Of a DNA stretch of 64,000 bases, positions 28,011-41,622 are shown in pieces; within the stretch, counting starts at the first letter, position 1, and every line of letters begins with the position of its first letter. The stretch is from Amoebidium appalachense (lineage: Eukaryota; Protista; Ichthyosporea). The notes beneath the pieces are model-generated. The model made no database searches, was not told the origin of the DNA, and saw nothing but the letters and a program-made list of their open reading frames with translations. A program made the translations under genes and the position numbers. The stretch lies in contig CAVNZM010000015.1 in assembly GCA_963693365.1 (NCBI GenBank), positions 4,099,502 through 4,163,501 of the forward strand. Direction: 5' to 3'.

Positions 28011-28791
28011 ACGTGCAGGTGCAGGTGTGTGTGGTGGTTTACCAGACATGGCCCGGGGGGTTGGGGGGGGGGGGGGGGGGGGGGGGGAGGAGTTTAACCT
28101 GAGGCTTATGATGTCCAACGCTTATGTATCGGTCCAAACTTGCAGTAATCCCCACGCTGGAGCAACGTGATTGGCCAAGATTTAACGAAGTGTTTTGATT
28201 GGGAGGAGGACTTACATGAGGTTTGTTGCATAGATTATGGGTGCAGAGATCTGCATGTTGGCTTTCTTTCTTAGATTGGCAGGGGGAATCAGGTGATGTC
28301 TCAGAAACCTGGTTGTTTTTTTCGTGAACTTCGTGCAGAATCGACGTGTTTGTAAAAGCACAAACGGATGAGCTTGTACCGGGGTTTCGAAACAAAATTC
28401 CGGTAATTTTGCCTATGGAGATCGGTGTCGCCATGTTTACAGTCACAGAGCTCACTTCTTCTCCAGGTCCGGGAATTTGCTGGTTTATTGTATCGGAGTG
28501 TGTTCCGATGGGTCGTGATGTTGAAAAAAACGAATGATTTGCGCGAAAAGCGGCCGAACGGCGCAAACGTATTGTTGAGAGGGTGTAGCATGTGGCGCTA
28601 ACAGCCAATGAAATGACGAGAAATCCCATGTTGTAGAGCACGCTCATCCACCCGGGCATGGTGTCGCCTATGCTGCACCACAGGGCCGCACTGTGTGCAT
28701 AGTGTGTCAAAGACCAGAGTCATGCGCAAGTTGCCAAGGGGGGGAGGGGGGGGGGGAGGGGGGGGGGGGGGGGGGGGGGGGGGAGGGAGCG

Positions 28792-28839
<48 letters not shown>

Positions 28840-29956
28840 GGGGGAGGGGGAAAGGGGGGGGGGGAGGGAGGGAAGGGTTGGTGGGATGTGTGGGAGGTGG
28901 GGGATGATGTATGCGTTAGTGGGTTGGAATATATTGAGGAAACACCAAAAGGAGAAACTACAGCTGTCACGGAGGACAAAGGAGGGGGGGGGGGGGGGGG
29001 GGGGGGGGGGCAGGCCGGGTGATTGCCTTGCATGTAATTGGATGGCTCACCTTCCATATCCGGCCGGGATGAACAGCGGTATGCACGATATAACCAATGG
29101 AATTCCAAGACTTGCACCCAGCATCCACCCGAGTGTGTGCCACGTTCTTTCAGCCCCGCTATCGTTGATAACAGGGTGTCGCGGGCGTGGCCGACAAATT
29201 ACTCGCCATATATATGCGCTGATTAAGGCAGGTGCAACACAAACGCACAAAAGCGCCCAAATAAGGAAAAATCCCGATATGGCGCACACCCATTGGCGGC
29301 CTCCTACGTACGGGTCGGCGAGGGTACTTGCTATATTTAGAAGGCAGGCGAGTGACCAGAATGCGTCTGTTAGGCTGATTAAGGCGGGAAAGTATTGCAT
29401 GGTGCTTAATTTTCTGCCGAACCTTCGAGAAAGAATGTATGTGGTGATGATGATCCACAGTGAACCGCAGAGGCTCAGTGTGACGCTGACCAGAGACACA
29501 TACTGCAAGGGAGCATGCGTGTTGAGTCAATTTTATTTTTATTATTTACCTATTTTTAGTTTTTGTTATTTATTAAGTGATTATTTTGGGGGGGGGAGGG
29601 AATGATTCAGGAAGGGTGGATTTTCCAGAATGAATGTGTACTCCCCCCCCCCCCCCCCCCCCCCACACACACACTCACACAAACGCTGAGGGCTGTCACA
29701 TGTTTCTAACCCCCTTTTTAAAACCTCCCCCCTCCCCCCCCCCCCCCCCCCCAAAAAAAAAAACACACACAGGAAGCATTTCTTCCAGCAATTGAGGCGC
29801 GCGCACACACAAGCACAAACATAGTCTGCTAAAATTTGGCAACATTTAGCCATATATGGAAATTTGGGCGGAAATTTTTGGCGCGCATAAAAAAGGGCTT
29901 TTTTTTTAAACACACTAATTATGAGAGTATGCACAGTCACACACACACACACACTG

Positions 29957-29994
<38 letters not shown>

Positions 29995-30506
29995 AAGCAT
30001 GCACACACAAACAAACAAACACCGTGCGCACACACAGACACACACGGGCACCGTACACACACACACATATACACGCCGTGACTCAACACACATGTGTACG
30101 CATGCACGCATACACACATGCACGCACGCACGCACTCGCCCAGAGGTCACACACACGCACACACACGCACACCTACACACACACGTACATGCACACGCAC
30201 ACACTGACACGCACACACAAACACGCACGCACACACAGTCACATACACACGTGTGTACGTACCGTAACACCCACACCCACTCGCTCACATATGCCCAACT
30301 GGTCGCTTTACAAATCAGGCTGGCAGCATTTAGCCTGGGGCGTAACACAGTGCCTCTTATATGTGCATGGGAGGACTAAAAACGTAATAAGGTGCATGAT
30401 TTTCATGCTGTTACAATTCTGAAAGGTTTGGCTACCCTACTGATACATATCGACATACCTTGATGGTGTAGAAATACTGTTTTGAAGCACCTCCATAGAG
30501 AGCCAT
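26875..30506 (-). CDS. 7TM receptor of cAR/Git3-like type (GPCR-B), apparently intact
   Basis: Exons 30506-30459 ([16 protein letters not shown]), 29502-29051 (TM1-4: [32 protein letters not shown]), 28690-~28099 (WCSIG, TM5, long loop; donor may instead be GTAAGT near 28215), probable 27709-27664, and 27473-26875 (TM6-7: [26 protein letters not shown]). Phases are consistent. Confidence 0.82.
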
Positions 30507-31918
30507 TGTTTTCTTTCATCAGGCCCGAACGAGGCCAACTTTCCAACAAATCACTCTGAGAAAAAAAAAAACTGAAAAAAAAACAGCAACGTTAACGATT
30601 TTCATGCGTCGCAACTCGCCGAGGCTTCAGCTTGGCTTGTGACGTACGTCGACTATAAATAGGAGAGTCATCACTGGCCCAATCAGGCGGGCGGCAAGTT
30701 GTGCAAGATTTGTGCATTCCATATTTATAAAAAGCACGTACGCGTCACACACGTGGCACATGGTCCAAAATCATTACTTCTGACCCAAAAAATCGAAAAA
30801 CTCAGCCTCTGTACAGCTAGTGCAAGGAAATTACGCAAGAATCTTCCGTGTTTCTGCCTGAAATCTTTCCAGTAATATAAACTGGACCAACAAATAAGGT
30901 GCACGTGGGTGCGTGTACATGTGAGCACAATCATTGTACGTGCGCCGCCACAGCCGTCGGAATCGCCAGTGATCGATGATAGTGGACATTCTTTTAACCA
31001 GATTCCGACCAATAGGACAACACCCCTGAAGGGCCCGGGTACCATATCAGGAGCGGGCAATTTTTGAATTCTCCCTCCCCGGCCCCGCCGGGGAAAATTT
31101 GAGGTTTTTGGACCTCAAAGAAGTCAAATCCTGCAAAATCCACTACCGGGAGGCCAAAAAGGGTGATTTTACAAAAAAGGAGGGACATACATGAAAAAGA
31201 GAAAATGGGCGAGTTCAGTGGGCTGCCGATAAGTATATTTCGTGCTGGGCCGGTATACATGCTGCCGTGGTTGTTGCTGTAGACGGCAGTATGGCATCGC
31301 ATGTGTCACGTGACCTGCACGTGAATGCGACCATGTGCAGGCACTGAGTCTAGGGGGATTTGTATGTGTGTTTTGGAGCACCGACAAGGCAGAGCCAGGG
31401 TGAGGGATGTGTAAACATGGAGTTTAGGGAGATCGTGCTGCTATTGTAACATGTGCACAAAACAGCCACGTGCACCGGCACACTCCGGTGTACAGAACAA
31501 TAATATGCACATGCGTCACTGTAATATCATGTATGCGCATGCCGCACAAGGTTTAGGAGACCACCACAGTATATACTATTTTCTTTTGGTTGATATCCAT
31601 GTAGGAATGGTGTGTTGCAGTTGTCATGATCAGCCTGAGGCAGGCACGTGCACTCACTGAATCACTAGAACTCATGAATAAAAAATACATTCGCTAAAAA
31701 CGGCAAGGTAAATTTGGGGCCAAGCTATTATTTCCCCCTTTTAAACGTTTTTTTAGCTCCAAGAACTTCGACGCCAAAATTTCTATATTTGGCCATCGTA
31801 TATGATAATGAACACGTGTACTTAAATTAAAGTAGTTATATAAATATGAGCGGCCCGTTACAAATACAGTGACGAAAAACAGTGACCCACGAGCAGTTTT
31901 TCTTTCTATCCCCCCCCC

Positions 31919-31966
<48 letters not shown>

Positions 31967-33252
31967 AGACACACACACCACCACCACGGTGACCACCACC
32001 ACCACCACCACCACCACTCACCCCTTAAAAAAACCACACACATACGTGCACGTGTACACACACACACAGAACACCACCACCACCTCCACTGGACCCCATT
32101 TCCTCGTTGTTTTCTTAAGCCTTCAGACCAGTCCTGCACACTGGAGTTAAACAATTGAATTCACCTAGGCTGACATGCATCCACCCCCGCCTTCCACTTC
32201 CCTCCCCCCCACCCCCACCCCCCACCCCCCCCACCCCCACCCCCTCCCCCTCGATGAAGAAGGGCCCCCGTAAGCCTTGGGGGGGGGGGGGGGGGGGGGG
32301 GAGAGGGGGGGAAGGGGGGAGCTCTTGAGCCTCCGGGTAGGGAAGTGGGGTCCGGGGATCCGGAGGGAGGGAGGGGGGGGGGGGGGGGGGGGAAGGGGCA
32401 TATAATATTGGGCCTAGATATCATAGTATGGGGCCCCGGGGGAGGGAGAGGTGGGGGGGGAGGGGGGAGGATCCACGGGAAAGACCTTTAGGTGCATGTT
32501 CTTATTTATACCCCCTTCGAATCATCCCCCCTCTCCCCCCTCCCCCCCTGAGTGCAGGCCGTGACGTAGCTACGATAACCCTGCAGAAGGCAACAAAAAT
32601 GTATTAATTACTAGCACTATACATGTGTTCATAGTGCAGCTTGCACCACGTATGATCTCAGCAACTTTAAAGTAGTCACAAAGTTTAGTTATTTTCATTA
32701 TTTTCATTGCTCTGAACTCTATTACTCTGAAATGATCACCGTGCATGTGCCGCAAGATAACAACCCTATATGTGTGCAGCTGCTGCCTGCAGGTTAGACT
32801 CGCTGAAAAGACAATTGTCAGTGTGCATCCGACGCTTGCAGCTGCAGCTAGCCTCTGCAACATTAATACTTGCCAAGTGAATGCTCTTACACTTGATCAT
32901 CATTCACTCAAAAAACCGAGGACCGACAGATTAAATATTAATGTCGATCCGAATGATCAGCAAGTGTCTATGCGTACTACTATATATACACACACGTAAA
33001 ATGCGAAGCTATCAGTTACAAGGCACACCTGCTGCACTGGCACACATACACATACACACCGGCAGATCGATGCTGTCAAAATTTACTTTCATGTACTTCG
33101 TAGGTCCGACACAGGTGCACATGAACACGTACATATGTACAAGCCGCGCACACACCACACCACACATACACACACACACACACACACTCACACACACACA
33201 CGCACACACGCACACACGCACACACGCACACACACACACACACGCACGCGCG

Positions 33253-33326
<74 letters not shown>

Positions 33327-33765
33327 GACACACACACACACACACACATCACTGGGTGCGCTCGCTGGGGATTAGTTTTTTGGCACGCTGTTGACTTTAT
33401 CGTGTGTTTATTATTTGCTATTTATTGGCCAGCGGCCAACATTTAAAAATATACTATATACCTAAAAATAGATACTGACTACGGCCAGCAGACATTATAC
33501 ACCTTCCAGGACACATTAACACCAATAGTCTAACACACCATACTCTCGATCACAAAGAATTCCTAACAAACAGAGAAAAGTGCAAAGGCTCTGTACTATT
33601 ACTCAGATTCTAAATTTTAATTCTTTACAGTAAACTTCGGAATGAAAGCTAGCCCCCCCCCCCCCCCCCCCCCCCCCTCCCCCTAACATGACTGTACGAA
33701 GAACAGGTATAACTTGAAGCACTACAACACATATGAGATCCGTTACATTGGTGTACATTCCAATA

Positions 33766-35422
33766 TTAGACACTAGTTTGGCTACTCTGACTACTCTGAG
33801 ATCCTGATTGGCTGCCTGCAGACTTGCGGCCACGATTACTTTGCTTTCGATCGTGCCATTGCAGCTGCGTCTCTCCAGCAGGTGGCAACGCCAGGCCCAG
33901 CACAGCAGATGCACGAGAAGGGGGTGGGAACTGCCCACCAGCCGAGGGCTGGCCCACATGGCCCAAGTAAGGATGGGGACCGTGCTGCGGCAGTAGCCCA
34001 GGCATGGGGAAGGCAGGGCCGGGCTGAGGCGGCATGATGCCCCACGGTGGGGGCCAGCCATGTGGGTGGTGCGGGCCTGGATGGGGTGCAGGGGGCATGT
34101 GCGGCACATGGCCCTGCTGCATGTCAAGCGCGGGTGCTGGTGGCATGGCATCCTGATTGGCTGCAACCCAACGTGGGCAGCTCTTGGCCCGATTGGAGCC
34201 GGGGCAGCCCTTGCCCTGGCGGCCACACGTCTTGCAGGTCTTGGGGGCTCTCTGGGGTGGCTGCATAGGAGGGGGCACCGGCAAATCCATCTGCAGGGGC
34301 CCCTCAGGGCCAATGTTGCGATGCTTTTTGCCCACTAGCATGGGCAAGGGCCGCTCACGCTGCGCCCCTGCATCGACACCGTCTGGAACAGGGAGGGGTG
34401 GCAAGGGGGCAGGCCGTATGGTTGCTGGCACAGCGTCTGCCCTCTCCTCGCGCATACGCTTGCGGTGATCTGCCAGGCCCTCGTGTGTGGAGCGCTGTGC
34501 ATGTGCCGTCTGCCAGGTCTTCCACTTGTCGAAATGCTTCTTGATGTAGGCCGCATCCTTCATGTAGATTCCCCCAGCCACAGAGGCAGCCTTGTTGAAG
34601 TCTTGGGCCAAAGCCTCGAACAGCTGGCCGTTGGGCTTTGCATGTGCCTTGTAGGTGCCCAGGAGCAGCGTGCTGAATAGCTTGCGCTCCTGAGGGGTAA
34701 GCACCGGAAGGAAGGGGATGGCCACATGTTGCTTCTGCGCCAGGAACTTGTAGTCGCCCCTCAGTGCAGGGTCCGGCTGTGGTGCACCACGCGCCACCTG
34801 GTTGCCCCCCCCCATGGCAGCACCGTCACCCTCCTCGACCTCACAGTCCTCTGGCCCGCCCATCACGCCATTGGCTGCAGGCTCGATGTTATCAGACGGA
34901 GGTGGGGGTGCGGGCACCGCAACTGGCTCCTGCGCCGGGGCATTGGCCACACAGGAGAGCAGGGCAAAGTTGAAGTACTCCTCCGGTAGCTTGTAGCAGC
35001 CTACGGGTACCCACTGGGGGTCGAGGTGATGGCCGTACAGCATCAGCGCCAGTGCCTCCATGTCGTCAACAATCCAGGGGCTGTAGTGGGGGGGCCCCGA
35101 TGCCTGGCCCAGGCGGTTGCGGTAGTGTGCACGCAGGTTGTGGAGGTGGCGCCTATTGGACATGGTGGCGTCCAGCAGGCGCAGCGACATGCGTGTGGCC
35201 CCAAAGTGGGTGGCCAGGGGGTTGTGCACTGCCCCCTCCACCTCGTTGGTGCCCCGGATGCAGCGGTAGCGCATGAGCCCATCTGCGTCGGCAGTGGTCT
35301 CGTAGTAGAGGGGCAGGCCGGGGGGGTCCGACAGACAGCCATTTTGGGCGTGTTCGAGCAGCGACTGTGGGGGCACAAGCAAACATCAGAGAGATGGGTG
35401 GGTGGTGGTGGTGGTAGTGTGT

Positions 35423-35471
<49 letters not shown>

Positions 35472-35553
35472 GGGGGGGGGATGGGGTTGCTAAGGAAAAA
35501 AACGAGCAGGGAAAGGCAAAAAACAACTGGCTAGGCAGCAAGGGCCGTGCGGG

Positions 35554-35621
<68 letters not shown>

Positions 35622-36211
35622 ATGTTTGGGGGGGGGGGGGAGGGGGGGGGGGGGGGGGGAGGCTAGGGTGTGCGTGTGTGTGCAGATGAACCAAGGATGA
35701 CAAATAAGCGAAGAATCTTTTCTGTGGTGGTGGAGTTGTTGGGCGCCTGCAGGGGGAGGGGGGGGGGGGGGGGGGGGATGTTGCCTCGAGTCTTTCAAAG
35801 CCATCCTTCTTGAACAGAGGCTTGCCATCCGGTCCGGGCGGCACATCCTTGTAGATGTTTTTGAACTCCACCAGCCGCGAGACCAGCGTGTATGGGTCGG
35901 GAATAACCCGCCGGATGCGCTCCATGAAGTAGCTCAGGTCGCCGCCCTTGAGCTCGGTTTCAATGTCGATGCCCTTCTGCTCCAGCACCCCCTGTGAGGC
36001 AGGATGCCAATATTAATTTACTACGCACACTGCAATTTGGGTTTGGTAGACTTTGATACCTGCCGTTATTGTAGGACCCCTCCCCTCCACCCCCCCCATC
36101 TTCTCCCCCAACACAAGTAAAAAATGCATGTGGCTCTTTCCCCCCACAACCCTACATTATTTCTCTCTAGGCATATGAATAACCCCCACTCTCCTCCCCC
36201 CCCCCCCCCCC

Positions 36212-36252
<41 letters not shown>

Positions 36253-37281
36253 TTGCCCCCCCTCTCTCTGAGGCTCAGGCTCTCTCTCTTCCCTCAGAAG
36301 TTTTGTCGAAGGTGTGCATGGTTGTGGGTGGAATGGTGAGTGTGTGCTAACGAGTGTATGTGTGTGTGCGCGTCAGTCACGCATGTTGTTGTTGCCGTTT
36401 TTTTTATTTTTATTTTTTATTTTTTATTTTGGGGGGGGGGGGGAGGGGGGGGGGGGCACCTTCACATGTCCGTAATCCTCTTCATTCCACACAAATATTG
36501 CCTCGCTGAGTGCGCGTGCGTACTCAGCCCTGCGGGGGTGTGACTTGTACGTGCCGTCCGCCGTGTTTGCAATGGAGTGGAAGGCGTCATTCAGCACAGT
36601 CTGCCACACCACCTCCCCAGGCGGTGCCTGGCCCAACATGCCCTCTCTGGGAGCTGCCTCGGGTCCCCCTGGGGCTGCCTCAAGGCCCCCCGGGGCTGCC
36701 TGGGGGTCCTGGGGGGGTGCCTGTGGGCCGGCAAGGGGTTGCTGCTGCTCGGCAGGGGGAGGGGCTGGGTCAGGGACCACCGGCACCTCGGCACCTGGGT
36801 CCGGTGGGGGCTGAATGGGCCGTAGCCACTGCAGGTGCACCATCAGCTCAAAGGGCGGCGGACCCAGCTCTCCCAGGGTCTTGCCCTTGTCGGGGCCAAA
36901 GGGCACCTGCATGGCCGGCGACAGCACCTGATCCACCCGCACCACTGCATGCTTCTTGCCCACCTTCATGCCCCCCCAGCGCTCCGGCTGCACAGCCAGC
37001 ACCACCCCGGTGGCTGCTGCAGCATGTGGGCCCCGCCGGGGCACAATCTCAACCCCTTCACCGAGTGCCTTTGCATGAAGCCGCGCTGCATGTCATAGAG
37101 GGAAGCAAAAAACTCAGCCAAAAAGCCACAGCACCAACGTTTTTCTCTTCGCTCCACAAAAATCAAATGCATATTCCTTAGCAACCCCCTTCCCCCCCCC
37201 CCCCCCCCCTTCTCCCCTCCCCCCCCCCCCTCTCCCAGTGCCCAGCTTGTGTGGCACTTGCACGTGTTAACAGTGCTATAG

Positions 37282-37312
<31 letters not shown>

Positions 37313-39641
37313 ACCACCACCACCACCAATCACCCCCTCCTTTGATAGCCACCCGACACCCAGCATAACACAACTGGAACACTGGCCCATGTGGTCAGCC
37401 ACCCCCCCCCCCCCCCCCCCCCCCCCTCCTCCCCCTCCCCTCTCCTCTGGGGGGCCCACAATCTTTCTATATCTGGCATAAGCACATAAGCACTGGGGCA
37501 AAAAGCAGGTGGGATACACACCTGACAGGTTTGGCCTATCGACCACGGCCGAGTAGACCTGCAGGGACGCATATGCATCAAGGGCAGCGTAGGTGGCCTG
37601 CACCTCTGATAGCGGCTCGTGCCAGTTGGAGCATCGAACAAGTGCCGGCTTGGGCAGCTTCTTGCCTATGACCTGGGCAGTGATGTCGGCCAAGCCCCGG
37701 GCCGCAGAGGTGATAGCTGCACGGGCATAGCAGAACCGGCCCAGCTCCAGATAGCTGGCCACAGGGGTGCCGTAGTCCTTGTTGAGGTGGGCCGAGTCCG
37801 TGCCGATCTGCTTGCCCACCTTGATGATGCTGGGGTCCCTAAGCAGCGCAATCAGCTCGTCCACCAGCCGCGCGGGCGGGCTGTGGTTGGGGCCCATGCG
37901 TGCCAAGTGGAAGATGTACACGGCCCGTGCGGTGGCAATCTGCAGCGTGCAAACCTTGGACCGCGCCTGGCCCACCCGATAGACCCACTCGCAGTCCAGC
38001 CCCACCACGCGGTGCTGCTGCCCCTCCAGGTCGGCACGAATGGCCGCTGTAGCCACCACCGCCCCCTGGCAGTCGGTGTACACCGGCTTAGGGTAGTTGG
38101 CCGGCAGCTCCAGCCCAGGCAGACCGTCCGTCACGCTTACCAGCGCAGCCTCGTTCAGACGGACGGGGCATTTTGGCCGGGCTAGGGTTGGAAACATGCG
38201 CTCAACAAACGCCCGGTCTTGGCAGCACCGATCTGTGTAGAAGAAGGCCGGGCCCTTGCTGTTGAGCGCCGCCGTGGTGGCAGAGATGCGCTGGATCACG
38301 GGCTCAATCTCCTGGTGGCTGCAGTCCCGTGTAAATACCTGCGCCCGGATCTCTGGGGTGCCGCACTGTGTGAGAGGGCATCTCCGAGCAGCCATGCATG
38401 TTCTAGCTTCCCTTACCACATGGCCCTTCACGAGACTTCAGTGCCCACACAATCCTTTCCCCCTCCCTCCCCCCAAACCCATGTGCCCACATACTTTCCC
38501 CTCCCTCTCCCCCAAAACCCTTCCCCCTCCTTCCCCCCAAACCCATGTGCCCACATACTTTCCCCAGGCCTCCCTTTCCCCCAAAATCTTCCCCCCCCCC
38601 CCCCTCCCCCTAAACCCATGTACCTACAATCCTTCCCCCTTCCTCCCCCTAAACCCTTGTGATCACAATCCTTTCCCCCTCTCTGCCTTCCCCCCAAACC
38701 CATGTGCCCACGATCCTTCCCCACTCCCCCCTCCCCCCAAACCATGGGACAGCCCTCCATATGGCACCTACTGCCTCCCCCCCCCCCCCCCCCCCCCCCC
38801 ACCCCACCCCGGGCCTCTTGCCCTCTCTACCTTCAACCCCGACGGTGGTGTCTCTCCCCCCCCCCCCCCCCCCCCCCCCCCCTGCATCCCTTGCAATCAC
38901 TGGCCCCTACTCCCATTCTGCTTGGCCCCCCCCCCCCCCCCCCCCCCCCGATTCCCCGCCAAAAGAAAGCTCCACCCCAGCCCACCCCAATCTCTACCCA
39001 GCAAAAACACATACACACATATCTGGAGCTTCCTAGTTTTTGCTCGACAGGGCAAGAATTGTCCCCAAAACCCACATACTACAAACCTCTACTCACAGTG
39101 TGCCACCTCATTAAATGTGGAGCCTAAGAGATTTCAGGCCCTAGAGGGGGGAGGGGGGGGGGGGGGGAGGGGGGGGGGCGTGTGTGTGTGTGTGTGTGTG
39201 GGGGGGGGGGGGGGGTGGGGGGGGGGGGGGGGGGAGGGGGGAAGGGGGCCTGGGGGAGAGTGGGGGGAGGGGGGAGAAGAGGAGGGACCACACACCGCCA
39301 AGCTCGTTTACACAAGTCCATAGGCCTCGGTACAGAGGCTCCCCATTGATGCCGGTGAGCTTCCCAATTTGGAAGGTGTGGTCGGCCTTGAGCACGTTGT
39401 TTACGGGCTTGAGCTGCGTGTCCAGGCTCTGGTACTTTGCCGTGCGGTCGCTGAACTCAGTATACACGGCACTCAGGTATTTGCCTGAACCCCAAGTACT
39501 GTTAGAACTCCACCACCCTCCCATCAGGACCATCCCCCCCATTCCCTCTAGTCCCTCGTGTTCATCTCACCTCTCTGTATTTTCGTAAGTCTGTATGGCT
39601 TTTCCCATCTCAAAAACGCTACACACCCATCTCCGGCCGTT

Positions 39642-39698
<57 letters not shown>

Positions 39699-39875
39699 CC
39701 CCGCCTCCCGGCGCGCGCAAACCCTCCAAGTCATTGCACCAACTTTCACCTTCTTTCCCCTTTGTGCCCCATCTGCAGTTTGTCCCCTGCACGTCCGTTT
39801 GCCCTTCCCCCCACACCCTCCTGCCACTACTATAATAACCATTAAGTACCGCCACCAAGATCCAGTCTACCACCA

Positions 39876-39931
<56 letters not shown>

Positions 39932-40074
39932 CTCTCCACCTCCTTTCCCCCAACACACACAGACACACATGCGCACACCCACCATCTAATTTCAGGCATA
40001 ACAGTTCTCCACGATTTCCCAAGCACACTCACTGGTACATGGACCGTTATGCTTTCACCCCTCTGATGATCCCT

Positions 40075-40106
<32 letters not shown>

Positions 40107-40181
40107 CACCACCACCACCACCACCACCACCATGACTGATTGCCACCACCACCACCTAATCCATCACCATGTCCCCCCCCC

Positions 40182-40229
<48 letters not shown>

Positions 40230-41622
40230 ACGGACCCACAAGTACACGCACACTCACAGGCGCACATCCACCACCACACATCCACCACCACCATAATAGA
40301 AACTTATTGACCACACTTCCAAAACCCATTTCCAAGTCCCCCCCCCCCCCCCCAAAAAAAAAATAAAAAAAATAAAACAAAACCCTACCAAGCCAACCCA
40401 AAAAATGCCCAAGCACGTGCATACAAAACAATGGGGACCATTTACACACCCAAAATGCAGTGCACACTTGCCTGAAGGCACATGTCCAGCGTAACCATTT
40501 TTGTCACCAAACGCCGAGAACTTAGCCGCCTGCTCCTCTGGGGGAAGTTCTGTCAGGCGCTGGTCGTGGGGGCGGAAATCGTTACGCTTTTTGAGTTCAT
40601 ACTTGGTCCAATGCAGCGCCCTCGAGTAATACAGGAGCCGCTGCTCGTCGTATCGCTGCTTGTGGAGCTCCGAGAGGAGGGTGGCAAAGGCGTTTGGGCC
40701 CACACCTTTGTCTGCCAGTGCACGCAACAATGTTACCACCTTTAGGTCGAGCCCACTGCGGTGGCTAAGGTAGGCCGGAAACTGATCACGCATGAAGAGT
40801 GGAAGGCGTTTAATTGTCTGGGGGTTTGTGCCGGCAAAGTTTTTTTTGCATGTGTCACAAAAGTACCGGGCCGTGATAATGTAGTAGCAGCTGTCAAAGT
40901 CGATAACACGCCGTCCTACGGGGTTGCTCATGAACCCATTGCGAGAAGTACGGTGTGGGTTGGGGTGGTTGTGGGGGTCCACGTAGTGATCATCGAAGGG
41001 GCACGGCACCATGAAACCGGGAGACAACCTTTCCGGAAGCCAGGCAAAACATCTGGGTTTGTAGAAAGGCGCTGGATCGCCCCCAAATTTAAAGCCTATA
41101 ATGGGAGGTGGAAGATGCCACCCCACAGGCGTCTTCTCATCTTTGAGACTCTCTTTCACTGTGTGCAGGTGCGACTTGATTGTTTCGCCCGCCGCGTCAG
41201 AAAACTCCTCTCCACCGTCATCCCCGTCCGTATTATCTTCTCCCTCTTCCTCCCCTTCATCCTCGTCTACCCGGTACGCATCTGCTGCTGCATTTAGCAA
41301 AGGTTCCTCGTCGGGTTGCACCTGTATGTCTGGTGGGTGTGGAGCAGGGGCCCGATCCATTTCTCTTGGTAACGAATGGACGCTACCTGCCTCAACTACA
41401 CGGGCCCTTATGTCGGCGGCCTTAGATAGAGGGGGCTGTTCGGGTTGTACGTTTACGTTTAGTTCCTGCAAAACAGCTTTGTTTGCCGTCCCAAAACCTG
41501 CAAAGTTCGCTAAAGGCTGAACAAATGCAGCATCTTTTTTTTTTGCGCCCAGCTCCCTCCCTAGCTCCGCCTGTTTTATGCCCAGGGCGCTGTGTTGTGC
41601 CCTTAGGGCAGCCTGGCTTCAT
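33766..41622 (-). mobile_element. DUF6729-type DDE/DxxH transposase-like gene with an embedded DEDDy 3'-5' exonuclease (~1530 aa, 6 exons); element ends not resolved
   Basis: Exons 41622-40472 (one-base frameshift in the A10 run at 41535-41544; GC donor), 39484-39296, 38352-37522, 37085-36460, 35991-35785 (GC donor) and 35364-33766. Motifs in order: GGAREGAGRKKK; CP..RRVIDFDSCYYIITARYFCDTC..FPAYLSHRSGLD; KADHTFQ; FYTDRCC; exonuclease VGLDCEW/LQIAT/KVGKQIGTD/SNW..YAALDA; NDAFH; GCLSDPPG..RCIRGTNEVEGAVH; C-terminal helical domain and CKTC..CPG..C zinc knuckle. Confidence 0.8.
38440..38750. repeat. C-rich minisatellite (CCCCAAACCCATGTGCCCACA...) near the 3' end of transposase intron 2
   Basis: AAACCCATGT(G/A)CC recurs at about 38475, 38539, 38612 and 38696. 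Confidence 0.7.
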
